64,000 nt of DNA from a virus, in the IMG/VR virus record IMGVR_UViG_3300023184_000034, positions 64,001 to 128,000 of that record; one strand, 5' to 3'. The notes under the pieces are model-generated. The model saw only the letters and a list, made by a program, of their open reading frames with translations, made no database searches and was not told the DNA's origin. Below are positions 55,923-64,000 of the stretch, piece by piece (within the stretch, counting starts at the first letter, position 1; the number at the start of each line of letters is the position of its first letter). The position numbers and the translations under genes are program-made.

Positions 55923-56201
55923 TTAAAGCATGTTATCATTTAGAGGTGTTAATACTTGTTCGTTCATAACCCCCAACGCTAGCTCAGCCCGCGCCGCATG
56001 CAACTTGTGTGCTGACTCATGTTGTGCCTGTTGTTCTGGTGTTAACGCTTGAAATTCCGCTAAGATGCGGGTTGTTTGTGCTGCATCGTGCTCTGCCCGT
56101 TGCTCTGTGGTCATTGCCACATATGCTTCAACAGCTGCTACGCAAGCAGATTTTGCAGCTTCCATTGCTGCTTCATTGTTTAAAATAATATCGTCCGCCA
56201 T
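55923..56201 (-). CDS. Hypothetical helical protein
   Basis: Internal repeat AMTTEQRAEH / ALTPEQQAQH; RBS and ATAAATA upstream. Confidence 0.6.
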   Translation of the reverse strand: MADDIILNNEAAMEAAKSACVAAVEAYVAMTTEQRAEHDAAQTTRILAEFQALTPEQQAQHESAHKLHAARAELALGVMNEQVLTPLNDNML

Positions 56202-56223
56202 TGCGTACTCCTTTGTAATACAG

Positions 56224-56502
56224 TTATTTATCTATCAAACTTGCTTGGTATTTCGCACGTTCTTCTGCTGATTTTACTTCTATCAGCAATTCAGCAGCAA
56301 CTGTTTGTGCTTTTTGTGCTGCATCCATTGCTGCTTTATGTGCAAGGTCAGTAGCTTCTGCCGCCCGAATCTTTGCATCAATTAGTGACTTTTCAGCACG
56401 TTCCAAATCTTCCACAGCAGAATCTGCATAGTTTTTGGCACTCAAAAACAACTTTTTAAGTTTTTTTGCGGCCGATTCTTCCACCCGTCTAATAAAACTC
56501 AT
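56224..56502 (-). CDS. Coiled-coil hypothetical protein
   Basis: Ala-rich 92-aa ORF. Confidence 0.55.
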   Translation of the reverse strand: MSFIRRVEESAAKKLKKLFLSAKNYADSAVEDLERAEKSLIDAKIRAAEATDLAHKAAMDAAQKAQTVAAELLIEVKSAEERAKYQASLIDK

Positions 56503-56504
56503 GA

Positions 56505-56774
56505 TTATTTTCCATTGTGTATTTTTTGTTGACCGTTATACCACACAATCCAGTCGTCTACTTTGGCTTTACAATCATAGTACAGAGCGTAGTTATCGCT
56601 CACAACATCTATGATGTCACTTAGTTTGTTAACCTTGGGATCCATTTGTTTCAAGTCTGGACACGCTTCCAGCAACTCTTTGGGAACAGTGGGCCATGCT
56701 TGTTTAATAGGCACAGTATCTTTTAAACAACCAGTTAGCAGCAACACAGGAATTAATAAAAACAATCGTTTCAT
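56505..56774 (-). CDS. Outer-membrane spanin (Rz1-like lipoprotein)
   Basis: Lipobox LLTGC, P..LL.ACP.L, NY..Y..C; follows the i-spanin. Confidence 0.8.
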   Translation of the reverse strand: MKRLFLLIPVLLLTGCLKDTVPIKQAWPTVPKELLEACPDLKQMDPKVNKLSDIIDVVSDNYALYYDCKAKVDDWIVWYNGQQKIHNGK

Positions 56775-57229
56775 TTATTTTCTCCTGCTGGGTTTCTTGC
56801 AGCTTTATTAAGCAGTTCAGGAACTTTGGGATCAATTTCGCACTTGCTGTTGATTACTTTTTCTACTTCTTTAATTTCAGTCTTGACTGTGTTGTAGTAT
56901 TCCACACGAACTTTTTGTTTCTTTTTACGTTCTTCGTCCAGCTTCTTGCTGAATTCTTCAGATTCTTTTGCTTTGCGATCTGCTTCTGCTTGAGCTATTT
57001 GTACCTTTTCTTCCCATATTGCCTGTACACCAGCGCCGCCATACATGAATACACAAGCCAATGTAAGTATGCCAGCCACTGGTTTAAGGAATTTAGCATA
57101 TATGCCAACTGCGGGGAAATGTACCAATATGCCACTAAGAAAAAATACTGCAAGAGATGCCCCTGCACCAACTAACCAAAACCAGGATGGAATACTACTT
57201 AATACAAAGTCGATCATCCAGATGAACAT
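56771..57229 (-). CDS. Inner-membrane spanin (Rz-like)
   Basis: N-terminal TM helices, coiled coil, C-terminal Cys; between endolysin and lipoprotein. Confidence 0.75.
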   Translation of the reverse strand: MFIWMIDFVLSSIPSWFWLVGAGASLAVFFLSGILVHFPAVGIYAKFLKPVAGILTLACVFMYGGAGVQAIWEEKVQIAQAEADRKAKESEEFSKKLDEERKKKQKVRVEYYNTVKTEIKEVEKVINSKCEIDPKVPELLNKAARNPAGENK

Positions 57230-57232
57230 GAC

Positions 57233-57859
57233 TTATCCTTCTAGAACGTGAATAGCATGGCCGTAGTGCTTTTGACGGTCAGCTAGTCCCAATGTTCCAC
57301 CGTTAATCTTTTTGGTTAATGTGAGAATGTCGCCTGTGTCTGCCCACTGATTCAAGTTGTTGGCTTCCCAGAACCATGCAGCACTTTGTACACAACCTTC
57401 AAATGTGGTCAAATGCTCGCTGGCTTCGTCTAAGCTAATTTCTAAACTCTGTGCATATCGTTCGTAATTGCTTTTGCCAGTCAATTGAATCAGTCCACGA
57501 CCGCAGAACTTCCAACCATCACCGGATTCTTCTGGGCCGTTGCCCATGCGATTTGCATAAGCTCTGTTGGCAATGCGCTCTGGTTGCTGTGCATATTGGC
57601 GAGCAATATCAATGCTGGGGAAATATCTCGGCCACACTTTGCATAGACTTTCTGCTCGATAGTTTAGGTTTTCTTTAATAGCACGATAGTTACCAGACTC
57701 ATGTGCAGTTTGTGCTATAAAAGCAGCAACACGGGGCACAGTATGAATATCGTAATCGGGTAGTATTTGCACCAGTGCCTCATACCATTGTTCAGTATAC
57801 GGGTTCTTACCGATGATTGCTTCTAACTTACTTTGTGTAAAATCAAATTCAAAACTCAT
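57233..57859 (-). CDS. GH19 (chitinase-like) endolysin
   Basis: AFIAQTAHES, ENLNY, GRGLIQLTGK.NY, SAAWFW, TKKINGG..GL.DR. Confidence 0.92.
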   Translation of the reverse strand: MSFEFDFTQSKLEAIIGKNPYTEQWYEALVQILPDYDIHTVPRVAAFIAQTAHESGNYRAIKENLNYRAESLCKVWPRYFPSIDIARQYAQQPERIANRAYANRMGNGPEESGDGWKFCGRGLIQLTGKSNYERYAQSLEISLDEASEHLTTFEGCVQSAAWFWEANNLNQWADTGDILTLTKKINGGTLGLADRQKHYGHAIHVLEG

Positions 57860-57861
57860 TG

Positions 57862-58593
57862 TTATTTCCTTTTCAGTGCAACAGCCCAGTTTTTGTTTTC
57901 AAATATAAAAGTGTCACTGATTTTTGTTATGTTATAGTTGCCTATAACTTTGGTTAAAAACATGACTTCTGCCATGTCTTTACTTTCCAAAACAATTGGC
58001 CCTTTGATATTGTTGTATATATCTTGTTTGGCGCCGCTTGCAACAATATCAAAAGATACCGGGCCACTGTAAGCACGTTTAAATGTTATGCTTTCATCTA
58101 CTACATTTAAATTCTCAGCATAGCTGTTACTAAAAAAATTACTAAAATTATCTAGACTATTTTTTTCTGTAGCTATGTTGTATGTGTTTTTATCTATGGG
58201 GACAATTGTTTCCAACTCTTCCAATGTGGCAGGGTGACTTTTAAAACTCTTAAAGTATCTAAAACGCATGTTATCCAAACCAGATACTTTTTTAACACCC
58301 TCGATTAGTTCAAAAATTTGTTCAGCTGTGTCACGCCCTCTCTCCAGCTCTACAAAAACTGTGTAATTGCCCTCGTCGGTTTCTCCAGGAGTGCAATCTG
58401 CATCAAGAATAAAGTTATAACCCATCTCAAAGAAATTTTCCAAATCGTGAGCAGGGTCTTCGTGATCAACGGTGAAACTCAACACCACAATATCTTCATC
58501 GTCGCCAATTTTACTTTTATAGCTGTCGATCTCAAAAACTTTTTGTACCAAGTTACGAAGATCTGCATTGCGTAATGCTTCGTTCAAGCTCAT
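57862..58593 (-). CDS. Phage hypothetical protein
   Basis: [29 protein letters not shown]. Confidence 0.7.
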   Translation of the reverse strand: MSLNEALRNADLRNLVQKVFEIDSYKSKIGDDEDIVVLSFTVDHEDPAHDLENFFEMGYNFILDADCTPGETDEGNYTVFVELERGRDTAEQIFELIEGVKKVSGLDNMRFRYFKSFKSHPATLEELETIVPIDKNTYNIATEKNSLDNFSNFFSNSYAENLNVVDESITFKRAYSGPVSFDIVASGAKQDIYNNIKGPIVLESKDMAEVMFLTKVIGNYNITKISDTFIFENKNWAVALKRK

Positions 58594-59144
58594 ACTGGTG
58601 CTCCTGGTGCTCCTGGTGCTCCTGGTGCTGCTGGTGCAGCTGGTGCAGCTGGTGCTGCTGCACCGCCGGGTGCTGGTGCAGAATCAGTCAATGCACCTTC
58701 TTCGGATTTGTAATCTTTCTTCATCTTGTCCATGTAACCTTTGTATATATCAAATGCTATTTTCTTGGGCATTTGAATTTCAACAATCCATATGGGCTTG
58801 CGATCTAACTGACCTTTCTTAGAACCAGGACGAATGTCTTCGTGTGTGCGAATTTTTCGAGGTTCAATCAAATGACTCTTTTGATATATAACTTTGCAAC
58901 CCAGCTCTGTTAAACGTTTTCCTGCTATGGGATTAGGCATCTTTTTTTCCGGCCACATAAAACCTACTGTGATCCAATGACGATCCACTTTGGGACCATA
59001 GGCCAACTCACCGTTCTCCCAGTTTTCATACACATACATGTCAGTTTCTTCTAAAACACGTTCAAAGTCCTTCAATACAGCAAGGCTGCTGTTGTTTTCA
59101 TATAGTTCTTCTATGTTGCGTATAACGTCTAATATATCGTGCAT
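58590..59144 (-). CDS. Phage hypothetical protein with Pro/Ala/Gly tail
   Basis: DFERVL..YVYENW..GE..GP; 9-bp repeats at 58596-58660; CTAAATA upstream. Confidence 0.7.
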   Translation of the reverse strand: MHDILDVIRNIEELYENNSSLAVLKDFERVLEETDMYVYENWENGELAYGPKVDRHWITVGFMWPEKKMPNPIAGKRLTELGCKVIYQKSHLIEPRKIRTHEDIRPGSKKGQLDRKPIWIVEIQMPKKIAFDIYKGYMDKMKKDYKSEEGALTDSAPAPGGAAAPAAPAAPAAPGAPGAPGAPV

Positions 59145-59169
59145 GATTAATCCTAGAATTCACTGTACT

Positions 59170-59228
59170 TATTTAGCTGGTTCAAAATCATATAGTATCA
59201 GTTTGTTATTCTGTGTATCTGTTAAATA
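59170..59228. promoter_or_regulatory. Divergent late-promoter-like TAAATA motifs
   Basis: CTAAATA (- strand, 59170-59176) and TTAAATA (+ strand, 59222-59228); the same motif precedes genes at 3757, 19390, 40139, 45576, 50638, 56225 and 63884. Confidence 0.6.
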
Positions 59229-59305
59229 ATAGTGTAGGACCTCTGTAGTTATCGAGGCGGTCACTACAAGTCCTGCTTAACCAGTAAAGTAGGAGCACAA
59301 CTTAG

Positions 59306-60028
59306 ATGAGAAAAAACACAAGAGTGAAAAAGCGTTTTACATCAGAAGTTAACATAATTGATTTCCAGCCATATCTTCCGGCAAAAAAGCAACGTGTGAT
59401 TATAAATGCACGTAATGCTAATCAGAAATCTTATCTCAGCAAATTGTATTCAGAAACCACAAGCATTGTGTTTGCTATTGGTCCTGCGGGCACGGGTAAA
59501 ACCATGCTGGCTGTGCAATATGGGATCAAGCTGTTTCAGGAAGGTGTAGTTGACAAAATTGTTGTGACAAGACCCGCCGTTAGTGTAGACGAAGATTTGG
59601 GATTTTTACCAGGTACATTGAATGAAAAAATGGCACCTTGGACCCGTCCTATATTTGATGTGTTTGCAGAGTATTATCAAGCCAAAGACATTGCAAAAAT
59701 GCTGGAGGATGGAACTATTGAAATAAGCCCACTTGCCTACATGCGAGGTAGAACCTTTAAAAATGCATATATTATTGCAGATGAGTGTCAAAATACCACT
59801 GTTAATCAGATGAAGATGCTGTTGACCCGTTTGGGGGAAGGATCTAAGATGGTAGTTACAGGGGATCTAGCACAGGCAGACCGATTGAGCGATAATGGTC
59901 TGATTGATTTTTGCAACCTACTTGAACAAAAGGAATATTTGGAACATATCGATATCATACGATTTGACCACAAGGACATCGAACGCCATAATGCCGTGAA
60001 GGAGGTGTTAGCGGTTTATGGAGAATAA
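59306..60028 (+). CDS. phoH: PhoH-like ATPase
   Basis: GPAGTGKT, TRP, LGFLPG, MRGRTF, DECQN, TGD..Q.D, R.. Confidence 0.95.
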   Translation: MRKNTRVKKRFTSEVNIIDFQPYLPAKKQRVIINARNANQKSYLSKLYSETTSIVFAIGPAGTGKTMLAVQYGIKLFQEGVVDKIVVTRPAVSVDEDLGFLPGTLNEKMAPWTRPIFDVFAEYYQAKDIAKMLEDGTIEISPLAYMRGRTFKNAYIIADECQNTTVNQMKMLLTRLGEGSKMVVTGDLAQADRLSDNGLIDFCNLLEQKEYLEHIDIIRFDHKDIERHNAVKEVLAVYGE

Positions 60029-60052
60029 CGCATACTGCGTTAGATAGTCAAG

Positions 60053-60076
60053 AAAAGGGCCTACGGGCCCTTTTTT
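60053..60076. terminator. Bidirectional terminator between phoH and the dCMP deaminase gene
   Basis: AAAAGGGCC-TACG-GGCCCTTTTTT. Confidence 0.85.
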
Positions 60077-60519
60077 ACTTGTGTAACAGTTACGCCCGAC
60101 TTTTCAAGAAACGCAACACCACTAGTATCCCTGTAAGCGTCCCGATATAAAACACTGCTAATACCGCTTTGGTATATAAGTTTGGCACAGTCCAAACATG
60201 GAGCATGGGTAATAAACATAGTAGCACCCATACCAGATTCGTTAGATTTAGCCAACTTAGCGATTGCATTAGTTTCGGCATGAAGTACCTCTGGTTTAGT
60301 TTTTAATCTAATTTCAACAACATTTTCATCAACGTCTAGCACATGTCCAATCTCATCTTCGCAGTTGTTGTCCCAACCTGCCGGCATACCATTGTAGCCA
60401 ATTGAAATAATTCTATCATCTTTCACCACAATAGCACCCACATGTAATCTGCGAGCATGACTGAGTTCTGCAAATGTCTCTGCAGTAGTCATGTATGCAT
60501 CGATCAGTCGTTGTTTCAT
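60061..60519 (-). CDS. dCMP deaminase
   Basis: VGAIVV, GYNG, HAETNAI, PCLDC. Confidence 0.93.
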   Translation of the reverse strand: MKQRLIDAYMTTAETFAELSHARRLHVGAIVVKDDRIISIGYNGMPAGWDNNCEDEIGHVLDVDENVVEIRLKTKPEVLHAETNAIAKLAKSNESGMGATMFITHAPCLDCAKLIYQSGISSVLYRDAYRDTSGVAFLEKSGVTVTQVKKGP

Positions 60520-61433
60520 TGCAAATAGCTTAATCTAATAAGTGTTGCAGCCAAGTTGATCTCAGGATCAATCACCAATGCATGATCCACAAGGCCCTGT
60601 TTAATCACAAGAATAGCTTTGTTTTGTTTTTCTTCCTCGCCAAAGATTTCTATGTTGTCATACAACCAGCGATAGATTTCATCCATTTCTTCTGGACGAG
60701 CTTGGCTACACACCAGTTTTCGACCTTCGTTAATTTTACCAGCCTTGAACAGTTCAACCATCTTGAACTTGTAGTCAGCTTCTCCTGTGTCACCACGCTG
60801 AGGAGTTTTCAACACATTTTCGCCACAGTTCATCTGCACAGTATTGATGCACTTGCGCAAATCCGGATATGTGGCTTTGACAAATGTATCCAGTGTGTCA
60901 ATATCAAATTCTACACCTTCGCTGATAAGTATCTCGGCCATGCGAGCTGTGAACTCTGTTTGGTCTGTCTTTTCAATATGAAATCCTTGGCATCGACTGT
61001 GTAGCGCAGGAATAATTTTATGTGGATAATTACAAGTTAAAATAAATCTAGCGGTTGTGTGATATTCCTCCATAACACCCCGAAGTGCGGCTTGTGCGCT
61101 GGGACTCAAGTAGTCTGCTTCGTCCAGCAACACAACTTTGAAGTCACCAAACGGAATCATCTGCACAAAGTTGATAATTTTATCTCTAACATCATCAACT
61201 GAGTTGGTTCGACTTGCATTGATCTCTAACAAATCCAAATCGTTTACTTCTAGTTCGTTGAACAGAATTTTAGCCAAGGTAGTTTTTCCAATACCAGCAC
61301 TGCCGCTGAACAACAGGTGTGGGATTGATTTTTCTTTGATCCAAGTTTTAACTTGTTCTCGTTGATGACTATCTCTAAACACGTATCCTTCGATAGTGCT
61401 TGGCCGATACTTTTCTACCCACAATTCTTTCAT
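60516..61433 (-). CDS. Clamp loader ATPase subunit (gp44/RFC-small-like)
   Basis: WVEKYRP, GSAGIGKT, LDEAD, SRC. Confidence 0.93.
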   Translation of the reverse strand: MKELWVEKYRPSTIEGYVFRDSHQREQVKTWIKEKSIPHLLFSGSAGIGKTTLAKILFNELEVNDLDLLEINASRTNSVDDVRDKIINFVQMIPFGDFKVVLLDEADYLSPSAQAALRGVMEEYHTTARFILTCNYPHKIIPALHSRCQGFHIEKTDQTEFTARMAEILISEGVEFDIDTLDTFVKATYPDLRKCINTVQMNCGENVLKTPQRGDTGEADYKFKMVELFKAGKINEGRKLVCSQARPEEMDEIYRWLYDNIEIFGEEEKQNKAILVIKQGLVDHALVIDPEINLAATLIRLSYLQ

Positions 61434-61460
61434 TGCAGTTCCTTATTGATATATGTGTTT

Positions 61461-61499
61461 ATTATACAGGTGAAAACAGGCCTTGTCTAGAGGCCTGTT
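61461..61499 (-). promoter_or_regulatory. Sigma70-type promoter with its -35 in a terminator loop
   Basis: AACAGGCCT-cTAGACA-AGGCCTGTTTT; TAGACA-17-TATAAT. Confidence 0.7.
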
Positions 61500-61504
61500 G
61501 TTCT

Positions 61505-61906
61505 TTATTGCTCGAAGCTGGGACGAGAAAATGTAGCTGGATCGAATTCTGCGTGATTTACTTTGCTGTGTGAACCAAAGGTGTTGTCACCCGGCTCTTC
61601 GTCCGTTACTGCCAAAATTGCTTTGGTGTCAGCCCGGCGAATTGTGATCTCTTCACCGTTGTTGTCTATCACTTTAACACCGCGAGTCCATCTGCCGTGC
61701 TCCAACAAAATCCACTCCCCAACACAAACATCAATTTGTTTTGGACCAACTTTCCAAACACGGGCCCAACGATGGCGCACACCTTCGCTTTTGCCGTCAT
61801 CGCTGGGTAACACAATACCACCCGCAGATACTCGGGCATCAAAATTCATACCAGTAACAAGAATATTATCGTTGAGCGGCTTGAGTGTGCCAGTGATCAC
61901 AGCCAT
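61505..61906 (-). CDS. groES: GroES-like co-chaperonin with C-terminal extension
   Basis: LKPLND.ILV, GGIVLP, VGP..V.VGE.IL; start MAVITG. Confidence 0.75.
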   Translation of the reverse strand: MAVITGTLKPLNDNILVTGMNFDARVSAGGIVLPSDDGKSEGVRHRWARVWKVGPKQIDVCVGEWILLEHGRWTRGVKVIDNNGEEITIRRADTKAILAVTDEEPGDNTFGSHSKVNHAEFDPATFSRPSFEQ

Positions 61907-61907
61907 G

Positions 61908-62189
61908 TTATTCGTTGCCTTCCGGATCTTGATTACCAATGTCTTTTTTGGATAAAGCTGCTGGCGCTGCTCGAACATTGATTTGATTAGGGATAGTAAC
62001 AGGCTGTGGAGTCATTTCCTCACGACGTTTAATGATTTTACCACCTTCGCCTAATTTATCGCCTCGTGCGTTAACTTTGGCGTTGCCCACAGCAGGTACC
62101 AATTCATTTTGATTAATCAGTTTACCCAAATCAATTTCTATACCCTTTGCAGTGCGGTAAACCATACGTTGTTGTTCTTTCATTGGCAT
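61908..62189 (-). CDS. Hypothetical protein upstream of groES
   Basis: YRTAKG..ID..NE..AVGN..VNARGD; GGAGG RBS. Confidence 0.7.
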   Translation of the reverse strand: MPMKEQQRMVYRTAKGIEIDLGKLINQNELVPAVGNAKVNARGDKLGEGGKIIKRREEMTPQPVTIPNQINVRAAPAALSKKDIGNQDPEGNE

Positions 62190-62216
62190 ATTAGCCTCCT
62201 TGAATTATACTATTAC

Positions 62217-62726
62217 TTATCTCAGGAACTCCTGCCAGTCTAAATTATATTTTATCGAATCAATTTGATGCACACCCAACAAATATAACACAAAACTGGC
62301 CACACTGGATCCTCGACCCACACCCCAAACAATGCCATTCTCGTTGCAAGTATCCACAAAATGTTTGGTCCATTGCAATAACGGAATCATTTTGCGATTG
62401 CGATATGCTTCCATTTCATCGTAAACACGTTCTTTTTGTTGCTTTGTGGTACAACGATTGACACACCATTCTTCTACATCAAATTCTTTGTATTCTTCTG
62501 GCATAAACCAGTCGCTTTGCAGTGCTTGGTCAAAATCTTCTATACTAATAGAATCCAATTGATCATTAAATCTTGAAAATGTAAATCCTGCAACTTGCTC
62601 TAACTTTTCAATATCTTCAGTGTAATCAACTGTGAGATCTTTGAGGTTGGTCAGCTTTCCTTGGTACAGAAACTTGAATATGTCTTGTGTGTTAAAAATA
62701 GGATTTCCAAATTTATCTAGGCGCAT
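62217..62726 (-). CDS. Stand-alone fragment of a DnaE (Pol III alpha)-like protein
   Basis: GIVWGVGRGSSVAS.VLYLLGVH.ID..KY.L....FL matches DnaE GPGRGSAAGS. Confidence 0.75.
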   Translation of the reverse strand: MRLDKFGNPIFNTQDIFKFLYQGKLTNLKDLTVDYTEDIEKLEQVAGFTFSRFNDQLDSISIEDFDQALQSDWFMPEEYKEFDVEEWCVNRCTTKQQKERVYDEMEAYRNRKMIPLLQWTKHFVDTCNENGIVWGVGRGSSVASFVLYLLGVHQIDSIKYNLDWQEFLR

Positions 62727-62736
62727 AGCCTATAGT

Positions 62737-62967
62737 TTAGTTGACTTTGATCAGATTGTCAAGGCTTTTTTCACTATTTTTCGCCAATTGTTCCAACGCA
62801 GCTTGTCTTCGACTGCCTAATTCCATTTTATATGTTTCTAACAACATGCCAATTTGAGTTTTGACATCGGTGTTATGAGTCATAAAGTATTTTCGAGTAA
62901 GGTCGCTAATCTTACTTTCTAGCTCGCTGTCTTTAACGCCAGTAAAATCACCTGCTAATGGATGCAT
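62737..62967 (-). CDS. Small coiled-coil hypothetical protein
   Basis: Start MHPLAG; its 3' end contains the promoter TTGACA-17-TAAACT (62734-62762). Confidence 0.6.
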   Translation of the reverse strand: MHPLAGDFTGVKDSELESKISDLTRKYFMTHNTDVKTQIGMLLETYKMELGSRRQAALEQLAKNSEKSLDNLIKVN

Positions 62968-62968
62968 A

Positions 62969-63853
62969 TTAACCTGCGGTGTATTGTCCGTCAAGTTTGA
63001 AATACACGTTGGTACCGCCATCAATGGTCCATGCTTCGAGAATTTCAAAATGATTTTCTCGATCCAAGGTTATAAATGCTGTTGTTAAAGATGGCCCACC
63101 CACCAGTGCCGATGAAGTGTAAGTTAAACCGCTCGGTGTGCCCGCAGTGGTTGTAATTGCTGCACCGCCTCTGGCTGCGCTAAGTGTAAATGTAGTTGAG
63201 CCATTGGTTGCAATAACGTAGTATGTAACTGGCGCACCGGCTGAACTGGAGTATCCACTGATGCTGCCAGAACCGCTGTTGGTGCCAGTAATACTAATCA
63301 ATTGACCCACTGATAATGCTGCTGCATTACAACTAAATTGTCCACCTGTTCCGGTGATAGCAACAGCAGTCAGGGTGGGCGTGGTTGCTAATTTTAATTT
63401 ACCAGTGCCACTTGTTAAGGTAACTATATATTTTGAACTTTGATCACCTATCAACATCAATCTCATCACACTGTATTTTCCAGTAGTGGGCCATGATATA
63501 AAATTTAATGTTGCATTGGCGGTTAAAATTGCAGACTGCATGGGTCCGTTGCTGATATTAATGTCAGCCCCAGAATTGCCTACACTGCTCAGTGGATATA
63601 CAACGCCATTAAACTGACTGTACAATCCGTTGCTGATAGTGCTTTCGAGTAAATTGTTTACTACTTTTACTGAACTGGTTGCAACATCCCGTACCAGTAC
63701 TGAATTTTGTTGCAACGCAGATATTTCTATTGCTGCCCTGGCTAATCCAGCTTGTATAGCTGTAAAATTATTTCTGAATCCCTGGCTGTTATTATCAACA
63801 CCTGCTACTGGGTAAGATACATTAATTGCAGAAGAGTTTATTGCACTTGTCAT
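62969..63853 (-). CDS. Virion structural protein
   Basis: YPVAG.DNNSQGFR.NF N-terminus; beta-rich; ATAAATA upstream. Confidence 0.6.
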   Translation of the reverse strand: MTSAINSSAINVSYPVAGVDNNSQGFRNNFTAIQAGLARAAIEISALQQNSVLVRDVATSSVKVVNNLLESTISNGLYSQFNGVVYPLSSVGNSGADINISNGPMQSAILTANATLNFISWPTTGKYSVMRLMLIGDQSSKYIVTLTSGTGKLKLATTPTLTAVAITGTGGQFSCNAAALSVGQLISITGTNSGSGSISGYSSSAGAPVTYYVIATNGSTTFTLSAARGGAAITTTAGTPSGLTYTSSALVGGPSLTTAFITLDRENHFEILEAWTIDGGTNVYFKLDGQYTAG

Positions 63854-63999
63854 ACGGTTATCCTATTATTTTTGAATATTAAATATTTATCGTCAGCATA
63901 ACCACCTGCGGAAGATAATGTGTATCTATCTATTGTGTAATCCAACGAATTAAAATCAAAGTTGTTGAATTTGATATTTCTCAATATAGTATCGGCTGT
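63850..63999 (-). CDS. C-terminal end of an upstream gene (truncated by window edge)
   Basis: Open frame ...FDFNSLDYTIDRY..DKYLIF..*; ATGA overlap with the next gene. Confidence 0.6.
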   Translation of the reverse strand, partial: TADTILRNIKFNNFDFNSLDYTIDRYTLSSAGGYADDKYLIFKNNRITV

Positions 64000-64000
64000 T

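Noticed and set aside
58575-58808. WCSWCS-repeat ORF resembling a metallothionein
   Set aside because: Antisense reading of the 9-bp Pro/Ala/Gly repeat in 58590..59144.
1-64000. Stop-codon reassignment, tRNAs, DGR, integrase or transposase
   Set aside because: Genes are full length in the standard code and end in TAA, TGA and TAG. No cloverleaf was seen in the short intergenic gaps, and no reverse transcriptase or recombinase motifs were found.

Overview
A 64-kb, AT-rich, densely coding segment of a large (probably jumbo) T4-like myophage genome read in the standard genetic code. The lysis cassette with two-component spanins implies a Gram-negative host. 1-14.06 kb (+): three paralogous tail/baseplate fibre genes, a 1083-aa poly-proline-linked modular fibre, two 2OG-Fe(II) oxygenases (one prolyl-4-hydroxylase-like) and four glycosyltransferase-like genes. 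14.06-37.05 kb (-): ThyX, a MoxR-type AAA+/VWA-metallopeptidase pair, T4-type RNase H, and a 7-deazaguanine DNA-modification cluster (QueE, FolE, QueD-like, TGT-fold DpdA) interleaved with a GT-B glycosyltransferase and three sugar-type oxidoreductases. The sliding clamp, family B DNA polymerase and DsbA-like protein follow. 37.1-50.6 kb (-): a block of probable capsid-packaged, protease-processed polyproteins with shared N-terminal tags and [ILVM]-x-E sites. It includes an NTase + RNA-ligase-like fusion, a HIGH-family NTase, Dps, and a gene built from cassettes bounded by an identical 12-bp DNA motif. 50.6-64 kb: ClpA, peptide deformylase, DnaJ, holin, spanins, GH19 endolysin, PhoH, dCMP deaminase, clamp loader, GroES, a DnaE fragment and structural genes. 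Sigma70-type promoters (three superimposed on terminator hairpins), TAAATA late-promoter-like motifs and two structured 5' leaders are visible. No tRNA, rRNA, CRISPR array or mobile element was seen. All functional calls come from motif recognition by eye, not database searches.
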